Both the position numbers and the translations under genes were made by a program. The notes beneath the pieces are model-generated. The model searched no databases and was not told the DNA's origin. It saw only the letters and a program-made list of their open reading frames with translations. 64,000 bases of DNA from Eledone cirrhosa. Taxonomy: Eukaryota. Positions 26,960 to 42,339 of this stretch are shown one piece after another (the first letter of the stretch is position 1; every line of letters begins with the position of its first letter). The stretch lies in assembly GCA_964016885.1 (NCBI GenBank), contig OZ024740.1, forward strand, positions 26,846,001 to 26,910,000, read 5' to 3'.

Positions 26960-29435
26960 CATCATCATCATCATCATTATGCTCATCGTAACAATTATCA
27001 TCATCTTCGTCATCTTCATGACAACTAGCATCAGCATCATCAGCAACGTATTTATCATATTCTTCAAAATCATCATCATCACCATCACCACCATCAACAC
27101 CATCACCACCATCACCACCATCATCACCATCATCACCATCACCCTCATCACCATCACCATCATCAACACCACCATCACCACCATCACCATCATCACCATC
27201 ATCATCACCATCATCACCATCACCACCATCACCACCATCATCACCATCACCACCATCACCACCATCACCACCATCATCACCATCACCACCATCACCACCA
27301 TCACCACCATCACCACCATCACCACCATCATCACCATCACCACCATCACCACCATCACCACCATCACCACCATCACCACCATCACCAACATCACCCCCAT
27401 GATCACCATCATCATCACCACCATCACCATTCATCACCACCATCACCACCATCACCACCATCATCACCATCACCACCATCACCACCATCACCACCATCAC
27501 CACCATCATCACCATCACCACCATCACCACCATCACCACCATCACCACCATCACCATCATCATCACCATCACCACCATCACCACCATCACCACCATCACC
27601 ACCATCACCACCATCACCACCATCACCACCATCATCATCATCACCACAATCACCACCATCACCACCATCACCACCATCATCACCATCACCACCATCACCA
27701 CCATCACCACCATCACCACCATCACCACCATCACCAACATCACCCCCATGATCACCATCATCATCACCACCATCACCATTCATCACCACCATCACCACCA
27801 TCACCACCATCATCACCATCACCACCATCACCACCATCACCACCATCACCACCATCATCACCATCACCACCATCACCACCATCACCACCATCACCACCAT
27901 CACCACCATCATCACCATCACCACCATCACCACCATCACCACCATCACCACCATCACCACCATCACCACCATCACCGCCATCACCACCATCAGCATCACC
28001 ATCACCATCGTCATCATCATCACCATCATAACCACCATCACCATCATCATCACCATCACCACCATCACCACCATCGTTCATCACCATCATCAACATCACC
28101 ACCATCACCACCATCGTCATCATCACCACCATCATCACCATCACCATCATCACCACCATCGTTACCATCACCATCATCACCATCATCACCATCACTACCA
28201 TCATCACCACCATCACAACCATCACCACCATCACCACCACCATCGTCACACTCACCACCATCACCACCACAACCATCACCACCATCACCGCCATCACCAC
28301 CATTACCACCATCACCACCATCACCACCATCACCACCACCACCATCAGCACCATCACCATCAGCACCACCATCACCACCATCACCACCATCACCACCATC
28401 ACCAACACCACCACCACCATGACCACCATCACCACCATCACCACCACCATCACCACCATCACCACCATCACCTCCATCATCATCATCACCACCATGACCA
28501 CCATCACCACCACCACCACCATCACCACCACCACCATCACCACCATCACCACCATCACCACCACCACCACCATCACCACCACCACCACCACCACCACCAT
28601 CACCACCAACACCACCATCACCACCATCACCTCCATCACCACCATCACCACCACCACCACCACCACCACCATCACCACCAACACCACCATCATCATCATC
28701 ACCACCATGACCACCATCATCACCACCATCACCACCACCACCATCACCACCACCACCACCATCACCACCACCATCACCACCATCACCACCATCACCTCCA
28801 TCATCATCATCACCACCATGACCACCATCACCACCACCACCACCACCACCACCATCACCACCACCACCACCACCACCACCATCACCACCAACACCACCAT
28901 CACCACCATCACCACCATCACCACCATCACCACCACCACCACCACCACCACCACCATCACCACCAACACCACCATCACCACCATCACCTCCATCACCACC
29001 ATCACCACCATCACCACCATCACCACCACCACCACCACCACCACCATCACCACCAACACCACCATCATCATCATCACCACCATGACCACCATCACCACCA
29101 CCATGACCACCACCACCACCATCACCACCACCACCACCACCACCACCATCACCACCAACACCACCATCATCATCATCACCACCATGACCACCATCACCAC
29201 CACCATGACCACCACCACCATGACCACCACCACCACCATGACCACCACCACCACCACCACCACCATCACCACCAACACCACCATCATCATCATCACCACC
29301 ATGACCACCATCACCACCACCATCACCACCACCACCATCACCACCACCACCACCATCACCACCACCACCATCACCACGACCACCAACACCACCATCACCA
29401 CCAACACCACCATCACCTCCATCATCATCATCAAC
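26960..29435. repeat. Long (CAC/CAT)n compound repeat with internal ~350-bp duplication
   Basis: Marker AACATCACCCCCATGATCACC at ~27387 and ~27736. Confidence 0.92.
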
Positions 29436-29514
29436 AACTGAAACAAACTAATCGGCATCTAACTGTATGCAACATATGGCCCCGCTTGTGTAGATATTTT
29501 CATGGACAATATAT

Positions 29515-30032
29515 TATGGTATATATGGTATATATTGTATATATAGTATATATATATTGTATATATGGTATATATATTGAATATATGGTATATATATTGT
29601 ATATATGGTATATATGGTATATATTGTATATATTGTATATATTGTATATATTGTATATATATTGTATATATGGTATATATGGTATATATGGTATATATTG
29701 TATATATTGTATATATGGTATATATTGTATATATAGTATATATATATTGTATATATGGTATATATATTGAATATATGGTATATATATATTGTATATATGG
29801 TATATATGGTATATATTGTATATATTGTATATATAGTATATATTGTATATATGGTATATATATTGTATATATGGTATATATATTGTATATATGTTATATA
29901 TATTGTATATATGGTATATATGGTATATATTTTATATATTGTATATATTGTATATATTGTATATATTGTATATATTCTATATATTGTACATATGGTATAT
30001 ATATGGTATATATTGTATATATGGTATATATT
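29515..30032. repeat. 9-bp minisatellite TATATATTG/TATATATGG
   Basis: Direct reading. Confidence 0.92.
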
Positions 30033-30561
30033 ATCAACATAAAATTGCCAACATTTATAGCTATATATATAGCTAGAATATATTGGTATATATATTGTTA
30101 AATAACACTTCACAATATATTCTCTCCACGCCAGCAAATTGAAGGAAAATTGATTAAATCGACCCTGATTTTTTACTGGTACTTTATTTTATCGATATAA
30201 TGATGTAAAGCAAAGCTAACCTCATCGGGATTTGAACCTAGAATGTAAAGCATGATATCCGACGCTCTAATGATAATTACAGTCAATATATTGTATATAT
30301 TGCTTTATATATTGCCTCCATATATTGTATAAATTGCTACAATATACTGTCATATCAATATACATTGTTGTATATATAGTCCAAATATAGTGTTGTATAT
30401 ATAGGTGTATATATTGCCACAATAATGTGCAATATATACAGCACGTTACATGGATTTCTCTGTTACATTCAATAACTAATAATAATTTCAATTATAATAA
30501 ATATTTAATAAATTTAGAAATATTTAAACGTATAAAACTGTTTATGCATATATATATATAC

Positions 30562-30625
<64 letters not shown>

Positions 30626-31590
30626 GTATGTATGTATATAAATATATCTATCTATATATATAGATATATATATACCAAATTAAACGGTAGTAAAATCCGT
30701 ATGATTGTTTTTATTAATTTATCTCTATATATATATATATATATAATATTAATATATTATATATATATATATAATATTAATATATTATATATATATGGGG
30801 GGGGGGGTTGTGCGTATAGATTAATAAGTGTTTGAAATTACAACGATAAATAGTTTTTGATACACGAACAATTCAGCTTCAACTAACACAAGAATACATG
30901 TATGAATGTACACACACACACGCGCGCGCACACACACGCGCGCGCACACATACACACATACCCACACACACACACACACACACATACACACACACACACA
31001 TATATATATTTATGGATAGATAGATATCTTTCTTTATAGATAGATAGATATATACATATATGCATATATATATGCGTGTGCGTTTGTATGCGAGTTTGTG
31101 TTTATTCATATGTATATGTGTGTTTGTGTGTGTGTCTGTGTGTATGCTTGTTTGTGCGTGTGTGTGAGTGTGTGTATGTGAGTCCTTGGCTATGTGCATG
31201 ATACGTGTGTGCGTATACATATATATAACGAGGACTAATGAAGTATGTACATTTAATAATATTGCCTGCCCGCAGAGGAGAGTAGCTGTGACAACATGGC
31301 CCACGGAAACAGTTGCATTTATGTAAGCTCATACTTTAATAATAATAATATCAATGGTTTCTTCATTAGCCAGACAGGGCTCACATTAAGAAAACATGAA
31401 AGATGGTACAGGATGACAGATTCGGGGATTTTTTACGGGGTAGAATCATCATTCCTCCGCATACATCTAACTTTACTTAAGTTTGACTAATGTCATGCGA
31501 GGGACATTTCATAGATACACACAGGATGTGAGCATGTTATAGACATATACACATATGCATATATACATACATATATACATATATACATAC

Positions 31591-31707
<117 letters not shown>

Positions 31708-31886
31708 TATAGTGGTAGCTATGGTGCTTCCATAGGCGGTATGCCAAAATTAGCACTCGATATTCATCAGAGTCGAGTGTAGGAATTATCAAAAACCGCT
31801 TTCTCGTTTTTTTGATAATATATATATATATATATATATAAACATGTATATATAAATAAACATGTATACACACACACACGAATACA

Positions 31887-31992
<106 letters not shown>

Positions 31993-31998
31993 CGCACA

Positions 31999-32030
<32 letters not shown>

Positions 32031-32127
32031 AAAGTAGCGAAACAAACAAACCATTGAACCACATGTATTATAAACAACTTGAATATTTCTACAAGTACAT
32101 TGTACCTGTTGAAGTATCCATCCACTT

Positions 32128-32167
<40 letters not shown>

Positions 32168-32287
32168 TATATATGTACATATGTATACATATATCTATAT
32201 ATATATATTTCGTTATATAAGTATACATATGTATATATGCATATGAATATATATATATGTATATATATAGAGAGAAAGAAAGCGAGG

Positions 32288-32323
<36 letters not shown>

Positions 32324-32379
32324 ATACATTAACAGGAAAAGCTTTATAAATATATATAATACATTAACAGAGAAAGCTT

Positions 32380-32546
<167 letters not shown>

Positions 32547-32599
32547 CTCTCTCTGTTTATATATATATATCTATATATATATATATATATACATATATG

Positions 32600-32838
32600 A
32601 AAAGGAAGTAAGTTACTATACAAAACAAGGTTATAGAGAAAAGATGGAATTGGAAATAGCACGGAAAATATATTTAAGGATCTGTTTTTTCTTTTTTTTT
32701 CCTTCTTTGATTCGTCAAAATGACATAATTGAAAAAATGAGAGGTACAATTGTCTTAATAATGTGTATAAAGTATATACAATATTACCGGTTGCAATATA
32801 TCAGTGAAATCCATCTCATCAAATGTTGAGTATTTGAA
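32600..32838 (-). mobile_element. pLTR-like cassette family D with variant HHR
   Basis: Inverted homolog of 33360-33608; UUGAUGA..GCAACCGGUA on minus at ~32781-32828. Confidence 0.55.
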
Positions 32839-32983
32839 TCAAAACGAATTTAAAAAGAATTTAATAATTTGAGGTAGCTTTGTACAGATTATTTGTTGAG
32901 CTGCATCTAAAATGTATATATATATAATGTATATAAATAAATGTGTGTATATATATATATATATATATATGCATATATATATG

Positions 32984-33039
<56 letters not shown>

Positions 33040-33043
33040 TATA

Positions 33044-33075
<32 letters not shown>

Positions 33076-33359
33076 ATATGTATGTATGTCATATTTATAT
33101 TTATACACATGCTTCATTGTAACTATGTAATGATGAACAGGTGGAAACACGGAGTAACAAGTCCCGCCAAAATGGAGAATAATTAAACTCAAATTTGGTG
33201 GTAAATACTAATTCTCACATTCGACAGTATATATATATATATATTCCAGCCAAATTTTGAGCAAGAAGGATGGAAAAAAACTTACTCCAACATTTGATTT
33301 TAATTTTAAATCTTTAATTTCTTGTTATTTAACTCCTATTTATTCCTTTTAATTTTTTA

Positions 33360-33608
33360 TTTCAATATTCAATATTTGATAAGATGAATTTTAGAAATAC
33401 ATCGCAACCGGTAATACTTTGTGTTCTTTATGTACATTATAAAACTTCTTTTAAAAGAATTGTCCCTCTCATATTTTCAAGAATATCACTTTGACGAATT
33501 AATGAAATGATAAAAAACAAAAAACACACCCTTAAATATATCTCCTGTGCTATTTCCAACTTCATCTTTTCTCTATATCCACTGTTTGTATAGAACCTTA
33601 CTTCCCTT
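33360..33608 (+). mobile_element. pLTR-like cassette family D with variant HHR (33371-33418)
   Basis: AAUAU-UUGAUAA-GAUG..CAUC-GCAA-CCGG-UA-AUACU. Confidence 0.6.
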
Positions 33609-33613
33609 TTCTT

Positions 33614-33667
<54 letters not shown>

Positions 33668-33669
33668 AC

Positions 33670-33770
<101 letters not shown>

Positions 33771-33848
33771 GTTATATATATATACATACATACGTACATA
33801 TATACATATACATACATATATATATATATATATATGTATGTATATATT

Positions 33849-33912
<64 letters not shown>

Positions 33913-34085
33913 GATAAATATACACGGGTGTGTATGATTGTGTATAGAAGATTATATTAATAAGAGGAATTCCAACTTTGTCTGATTTACTCGTTTTATT
34001 TATAATCCTTTAAAATTTACAATATATATATATATAGATAGATAGGTGTATATATATATATATATGTATATATATATACATATAT

Positions 34086-34177
<92 letters not shown>

Positions 34178-34200
34178 CATAGATATATCTACAAATATTG

Positions 34201-34231
<31 letters not shown>

Positions 34232-34234
<3 letters not shown>

Positions 34235-34346
34235 CGAAGGAAATGTGGTAAGGAACCAGGTGGACCATAACGCACCAAAGTACTCAATACTTGAGGTAGT
34301 AGAGTGGGTAATAGGAACCAGTAAGACCCCTGGGGTCTTACTGGTT

Positions 34347-34350
<4 letters not shown>
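34232..34350 (-). mobile_element. Family C cassette with short perfect hairpin
   Basis: TAGGAACCAGTAAGACCCC-T-GGGGTCTTACTGGTTCCTA; (TA)n on both sides. Confidence 0.8.
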
Positions 34351-34388
<38 letters not shown>

Positions 34389-34604
34389 TATAAATATTTG
34401 TGCGTATATATATTTCTTCACTCATATATAAATAAGTGTGTATATACGTCTAGGTGCATGTGTGTGTGAGTGTATTTGCATGTCAGTAATGTCATGGTTC
34501 ATAAACAATTTATTAGAGATTCGACAGAATTCTACAGAATTCTACGGAACAGTAGGATTCAGACGGAATATACTAATAACAATTATATAGAATATGCATA
34601 TATA

Positions 34605-34660
<56 letters not shown>

Positions 34661-34717
34661 CTGAGTGTGTCTGTGTGTGTATACATAAATGCATACATAT
34701 ATATACATATATTTATA

Positions 34718-34796
<79 letters not shown>

Positions 34797-35002
34797 ATAT
34801 ATATATATATATATATATATATCAATATATATATATATACATACATCTATTCATAAAGGCGCTTATTTGAATACTCACGTATATATACGCATACATATAG
34901 ATTATATGCACCCATGCTTCCTATTCACCACCATTGCCCAGAGCGCCCAATTTTTAAAAATATACATATATATATATATATTTATATATGTATGAAATTG
35001 TT

Positions 35003-35182
35003 CAAGACCCGACGGTAGAGCTCAAGCTGTTTCGACGGTTATTCCAGAAATAGCCGTCGAAAAGGCTTTAGTTCTCTGTCGGTGTCTTGAACAATTTCCT
35101 ATTACCCATTTTATTACCCTAAGTATTGAGTACTGTGGTGCGTTATGGTCCACCTGGTTCCTTACCACACTTCCTTCGTTAT
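35003..35182 (+). mobile_element. Family C cassette
   Basis: Palindromic head plus conserved tail ending CCTTCGTTA(TA)n. Confidence 0.8.
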
Positions 35183-35202
35183 ATATATATATATAAATGA
35201 TT

Positions 35203-35240
<38 letters not shown>

Positions 35241-35248
35241 CACACACA

Positions 35249-35298
<50 letters not shown>

Positions 35299-35320
35299 CA
35301 CACACCAACACACACACATA

Positions 35321-35394
<74 letters not shown>

Positions 35395-35403
35395 AATATA
35401 TAT

Positions 35404-35443
<40 letters not shown>

Positions 35444-35477
35444 ATATATATATATATATGTATACATACACACACCA

Positions 35478-35568
<91 letters not shown>

Positions 35569-35611
35569 TATATACATATATATATATTTATATATATATA
35601 TATATATATAT

Positions 35612-35643
<32 letters not shown>

Positions 35644-36015
35644 GTAGGAGGTGAGTTTTATTGTAGTACAATAAAGCAATGCAGATATCGGATAAGAAGC
35701 ACTCTACAGTTTGTAGGACTGGAGTATACATAATATAAGATCAAAAGATGGTTAAAGGAGTTCCATGTATTTTATTATGCGCATTTCAAAAACAAACATC
35801 ATCATGCAATGATATTTGTGTTTTCATCAGATAAAACAGGAGAACATGATATGAAGGCTAAAAAACACTTGTGGATAGTGCAGTTTTAAATCAACATATA
35901 TGTTCTCCTGTTTTATCTGATGAAAACACAAATATTATTGCATGATGATGTTTGTTTTTGAAATGCGCATAATAAAATACATGGAACTCCTTTAACCATC
36001 TTTTGATCTTATATA
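35644..36015 (-). mobile_element. Family A fold-back cassette with intact HHR in both arms (35768-35838 minus, 35909-35979 plus)
   Basis: UGUUUUAU-CUGAUGA-AAACACAAAUAU..UUUGUUUUU-GAAA-UGCGCA-UA-AUAAAAUA. Confidence 0.78.
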
Positions 36016-36045
36016 TATGTATATATATATGTATGTATATATATA

Positions 36046-36418
<373 letters not shown>

Positions 36419-36793
36419 ATTATTTTTGTACGTAGCGCAATCAATTTATTTTGTAACATTTTCAGCCTAAAATTAATGTTAAATATGTTAAATCTGCAAA
36501 AGTTATTGGAATTCTTTTCACCCCAAATACATGTTTTTTGCCGAAATCTCTTCTAAAGTGCTGAGATTTCCCCCACAGGGAGATCCTATCTCCAGCTGTT
36601 GCGTTTCGAATATTTAGCTTTATTCCAAAGTGTTAGTTCTCCTTCTATATTCGCATTTAAGAAAGATACACCCGTCTATATACATATACAACATTGTACA
36701 TACACACATTTACTTATGATATTTTTATATATATATATGTGTGTGTGTGTGTGTTTATGTGTGCGTTCGCGTGTGTGTTTGTGTGTAATATAA

Positions 36794-36840
<47 letters not shown>

Positions 36841-36842
<2 letters not shown>

Positions 36843-36947
36843 CATCAGGGAATGACAGCTTCCTACACCGGCGATGGGGACAGGGAATTCTGGGGCATGA
36901 GAGTGAGATCCATCATCTCGACAGTAGTCGACGAATGATGATGATGA

Positions 36948-36950
<3 letters not shown>
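36841..36950 (+). mobile_element. RTE-like LINE 3' end fragment
   Basis: GACAGGGAATTCTGG motif and (TGA)n tail. Confidence 0.5.
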
Positions 36951-36982
<32 letters not shown>

Positions 36983-36989
36983 TAATAGT

Positions 36990-37657
36990 TATAAAGGTGG
37001 GTCTGTATATTTTAATTTACCTTTTAATTATTAAGTATTTTTCACTTCTTTCGTAGATTTATGCTTTTCACTCTAATGGTTCTCTACCCCTCGTATTGAA
37101 AACGTAAGCCATTTTGTGTTTTCTTCTCTATATACTGTATTACGAAGAGCCCGCTACTTATACCTTGAACTCATTAAATTACCTGAGGATTAATGTAATC
37201 TTTATCTCCGTTTTTATTTGATATGTCGGCTCCTAATTTCTTTATATTAGTTGAGCTTTTTAAGTTGAGTGGTTCTAGGCTGCTATTTCTAGCGGTTTCT
37301 TGATCCAATGAAGCTACTATGTACTGTCTGACGCGCATGTTTTTGTCACTTCTCTCACCACGTGCGATATTTCAGTTGTCTAAAGACTCTTTAGAAGTGT
37401 TGACCATATTTACTTTACACCTACCGATGAGCCTGATACGTTATTGTACTAACACTCTTTATGGCGAAACAATGTCCTCTTTGAGTTTGTCCAGGTGTTT
37501 TATGGATTTAAATGTGGGTCTGTACATTTTACCTTATTAATTAATATGTATTTTTCACACTTTTCGTAGACTTTATACTCTTCACTTTAGTGGTTCTCTA
37601 CCCCTCGTAAATAAAAACATACTCTTTTTGTGTTTTCTTCTCTATATACTGTATTAA
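36990..37657 (+). mobile_element. Element with ~145-bp terminal direct repeats (36990-37142, 37510-37657) and an internal HHR-like motif
   Basis: GTGGGTCTGTA...CTCTATATACTGTATTA repeated; CCGAUGA-GCC..GGC-GAAAC-AAU-GUC at 37424-37476. Confidence 0.55.
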
Positions 37658-37663
37658 TATATA

Positions 37664-37758
37664 TACAGGCTGTCCCCCAAAATTATACACATTCCAACTG
37701 TATTCTAATAAATGTTATCTGTACAGGTAATCAAACTGTGTATACCTTTTTGTGGACA
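37664..37758. mobile_element. Possible Tc1/mariner-type MITE remnant
   Basis: TACAGGCTGTCCCCCAAAATTATACACA with imperfect inverted partner TGTGTATACCTTTTTGTGGACA. Confidence 0.4.
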
Positions 37759-38327
37759 TGAAATAAAATATGTCCAATATAGTGTGCACTCAACTCACAA
37801 GAGACAATGGATGTAACACATAGATGCAGAGTATTCACGCTGTTATGATGACCATTATGTCAATATGCAAATGGTAGGAACCATTATTTCTTTACGTTAA
37901 ATCTGTTAATGTAATTTAGGGCACCACACATAACATTGTCACATATTCCTACATAACGGGAAATTTCAATTCGGGGCGACTTTTGCCAGTTTAACGTGAA
38001 ACTACCATCCATTTACTAAATTATACACTAACCTCAAGGAATTTATTTACCATGTTCATAATGAATTAGATATCAATTAACTTTTTTATTTGCTAATTAA
38101 GATCATCATTTTTATTAGTCCTACTTGACAAGTGTTAAACTGATGCTAAGTAACAACAAACACCATGTTTACCAAACAGTAAATATACATGAATACGTTA
38201 AACAGAAACAATTTATGTAAAATATTATATTCCAACAGATATCAGCTAACTTCAGTAGGGGTACATGTTACCTAGACACCATGACATGGACAGAACAGCT
38301 AGTGAATGTTATTATTTGACTTTAATT

Positions 38328-38512
38328 CGATTGGCAGTATCGGTAGAGGGTCGGACGCCATGCTTTGACGCATAGAGTTACGGCCCTTGCCATTCTGAGT
38401 TCAAATCCCGTCGAGGTTAACTTTGCCTTTCATCCTTACGGGGTCGATAAAATAAAATACCAGTAATACACTGGTTAATTGCTGGCCTTGTGCCAAAAGT
38501 AGAAACAATTAT
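38328..38512 (+). mobile_element. SINE family S1 with TSD
   Basis: TSD ATTATTTGACT(T/G)TAATT at 38311-38327 and 38508-38524. Confidence 0.9.
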
Positions 38513-38667
38513 TTGACTGTAATTGTTTCTTTACTTCCAAATGAGAGCAAAATAGACAGAAACGTACGTGAAACAACCTGTTCATGAAAATGTATGTATG
38601 TAGGTGTAAATATGTATATACACATGTACATATGATGTGTATGTATATGCACGGGTACATAGAAATA

Positions 38668-39012
38668 GTCGGGCTGGATACCTGATCGCGCGGTTTAAAC
38701 ACTGGGAGTGAAGGACCCCTAGCCTTCATCAGGGCATTCTTCTGGGAGAAGGCAACTCAGGAAACTGGGATAACTCCGACATAAAACCTGCGGCTCAGCT
38801 GTTACCGATGATGTTGATCTTTTCTTCTGTTCGGGTTCTAGCTACTGTCGCTCAGAGAGTGGGATTGGCTCAGTGCACAGTTTTTCTTCACTTTAAACAA
38901 ATCTTTGCGCACAGGCATTGTACGATAGAATTAATTAATAATTACTAATAATGGTATATCATGAAATGGCCATACTCGATAACGAGGGGGGCAGCCATCA
39001 TGTATGTATGTA
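38668..39012 (+). mobile_element. Non-autonomous retroposon with (TGTA)n tail; 5'-truncated copy at 44715-44960
   Basis: Two similar copies ending CTCGATAACGAGGGGGCAGCCATCA; GGGAGAAGGCAACTC resembles RTE 5' UTRs. Confidence 0.6.
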
Positions 39013-41309
39013 TATATGTATGTATGTTTTGTTGGTTGGGTGAATGCGTACATATATATATATATATATTGTTGGATGCATGGAGAAATGTACTTATGCA
39101 GACTGCTCATAATCGTGTAAGCCATTACACCTTTTTCAGGGTCAGACCGTTGGTATTAATAATGGCTATTCCATGAAGGCTACTCTGATTTAAAATCTTC
39201 AGGACTTTTCCGTATTCTCTGGTCATGTAACTATTTTACTTAGATCTTAGTTTAACGGAATCGTGTTCAGGACCAAATCACGCTGAAAAAACCGCTTCTG
39301 GTCTGATCACAGAAGTTAATTAACATCAAGCCTAGTTAGTACAATCGTGTAGGACTAGCAGCTTTGCTATATAGGTAATTTTTGCGGGTTAATTTATTTT
39401 TAAATGTAAGTCAACCCTCAGTAGTGGAACAATCAACAGATAGTGTATCATGCATTGTGATGGTAGGAATATCTGTGTCGAAATGCTTCTTCAACTACAC
39501 CCTATTATATGTAAAGTTCTAAGAACGATACATTACACTATTTGGGTCCAGAAACTCCATATCTGAGTGAATATACACTCTGATTAATGTTAGGACGTCT
39601 TTGATGACCGTTCTCTCTACAGTCAGACATGACTAGGGAATAAACTTCCAGATGATGACCAACAAACAGCAACAACAACAGCAACAGCAATAAAGTGAGT
39701 CAACGTACAGGCTTTGTAAGTGTCATTCAAATAGTTAGAAATTGTATTCAAATTCACTTATAACACATTCTATCTTTTTAGGAAAATGAGGAATTGATCA
39801 TATATAAAAATATGATTAAACACCAGAGACAGGGCTAAACACCAACAATAGCCGTCCCCGCCATCATACAATCTCATTCCTATACAACTACTACACCACC
39901 AACGTATCTATCAAGAGTTCATTACATGTCCCTCCGCGCCATCGATCGACCTATTAGAAACAGTCACTAAGTGTCCTTCAAACCAGATCATTACTGTCTT
40001 AGAGATGGTCTCATTGTATAATATTATCCTAAGTTTCCTACACATCGGAAAAAAGTGGCCTTATCGCGGATGGAACTCCTTGCATCAGATTACTACTTAT
40101 AGACTGCTAACCTGAGGCTAAGCAACCACAGTAAAGACGACTTCTATTAGATGAACACCCAGAAGTAATCACGTTGAATTTTAACATTATACTGCATGTA
40201 TGGACCAGTAATTCCTGATGGATTCTTAGGGGCACCGTAGTGGCATTCTTGTACTTTGAGGAACCCATCTCCTCTCCCGGTCTGAATAGAGCAGATTTCT
40301 TCCAGAGAAAGAATGTCTGAAAGAAGAAGTGAGAAAGAGATATCGAATAAGGATCGACCCAAGTTTTAGACTGGTATTTTTTATCGACTTCGAAAGGAAA
40401 AAAGACAAAGATTTGATCTCAAGGAGCAGAGAGCCAGAACGAATACCGCAAAGCATTCTAACCGACGTGCTAACGACTCTGTACCTTCCCCATCATACTA
40501 TCTGGTATTTTATGTCAGTATTTATAGAAATCAGCTAATAGGCTGGTTGGTGTTGATGACGTAATAGAAACATTTGCATTTCAACATAGAATCAAATCTA
40601 AGTTGGCTGTTATATTCCCTTTTGTTTTGCAACACCCAAAATTTAATCTCTCAAACTCACAAAGGTAAAATGCAAACGTATGCATAATTCATAAACTGCA
40701 CAACAATAATGCATCTTATGTGTTACACGAGATGCATATTGAATGTGCATCAGTAATTCTCTGGTGCCAAAATGTTTTCAGAAATCGTGTTACTTAGCAT
40801 GCCAGCATATCTACCAATATTGTTAGAAAATATTAGCATATTAGTTTGACAATATTATTGTTAAGGATTACCAAATATTACAAAGGTTGGTATTACAATA
40901 TATCATAGATGGAGCCGTGTATAAAATAGATGTCAGATAAAATGTTTTGCGATATTCCTTCCTGGTCTCTGCGATGTGAGATCGAATCCTGATGTGCTAA
41001 ACTTTGCATCTCATGTTTTTGAGATTCATAGAAGAAGCACTCTTCCAATACTCTGGTCAAATATTCCACTATATCTTTTTCTCACTTCCGCGCTTTCATT
41101 TTTTCTCCTTCTTTGGAAGGAATCTGCTCTCTTCAGACCTGTAACACGACTGCATATTTACGAGTCTCTTAGGAGTTAGGGGTCCATATATACATACATT
41201 TGATGTATGAATTATTACAAAAATATCTAGGAATGGAGAAATGGTTAGATAGATAGATAGATAGATGGATAGACAGATATATAGTTAGATAGATCGATAG
41301 ATAGATAGG

Positions 41310-42282
41310 TATCTTTCTTTATTTGCCACAGGGGCGTACAAAAATAAAATGGGACATTACAAGACGTGACGGCGGGGGTTTTACATAAAAATAACTTTAA
41401 CATTAATAAATAACAATAAACTATATATAATAAAATAACAATTGAAATCCCCAGTAGGGGGGAATGTTACTGCAGGGTTGTTTTACACCCCGTGGATAGA
41501 ACAACCCTCAACACCAGGAACACGATTTGTAGGTGTCCCTGTCTTCCCCCTGTTTATCTTCCTCAACCTACAGGATTATATACAGAGAAGGGCCATTCAT
41601 TCGGGCCATTTTTGCCACATTCACTCACCTTTCAGCGATTTTACTGGGGTGTAGCATCTCTCTCTCCACTCTCACCTTCCTTCTGAAGTGATACTTAAAG
41701 GAGCGGATGAGTTGTTGTCCGGAGAGAAAGGTGTTTCCCCTCAATCCGTTTAACTTCGTCCACCATATTACCTCTTTCGCCATAGCCACCAGACAGAGGA
41801 AAAGCACCTCTCCTTCGTTCTTAAATGAAGGCGGCGGGGTGATCCTCACGATGGACTCGGCTGACAACTGGATGTGTTCCACACGTGACAGCAGCTGTTC
41901 GACATAATTCCACTGGTCGGTCACCCCTGTGCACTGAAAAATTGCATGCAGAACGATTTCGATGTCCTGCTCGCATATTGGACAGGTCCTTTTGGGAGGA
42001 TCTCTGCCAGGGCGCCGGTGCCTGTAGATTTTGTATCGAACTGGTAGAACTCCTCGGCAGAACTGCCAGGCCAGAGACCTCTGGAAGTTATCCATAGACC
42101 CTGGACGGAAATTCCTCCCAAACAGACTGGTCAGTTCGTCCTCCTCGATGCCTAGATTTTCCCGAGAACGTCGTCGCACTTATCCTCCACTAATCCCCTA
42201 TAGAAGGTCGAAGTGGAGTCTCCGCTGATTGCCGTTTCCGCTTGGTAGAGGGCTGTGAGCGCCTGTAGGCACTCGACGTGCC
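41310..42282 (-). mobile_element. 5'-truncated L1/Tx1-clade LINE (ORF2 C-terminus and 3' UTR)
   Basis: ORF 41625-42179 has LAWQFCRGVLPV...CPICEQDIEIVLHAIFQC, an RT-associated CCHC knuckle; (GATA)n on both flanks. Confidence 0.8.

Positions 42283-42339
<57 letters not shown>

Noticed and set aside
26796-29458. Long poly-His/Thr/Val-Met ORFs (up to 561 aa)
   Set aside because: A trinucleotide repeat is open in most frames; frameshifts inside the tract and no unique domain
40147-40362. Exon-like minus ORF after CTTCTTTCAG
   Set aside because: Sequence is the tail of an interspersed repeat also found at ~10120, ~41110 and ~42950
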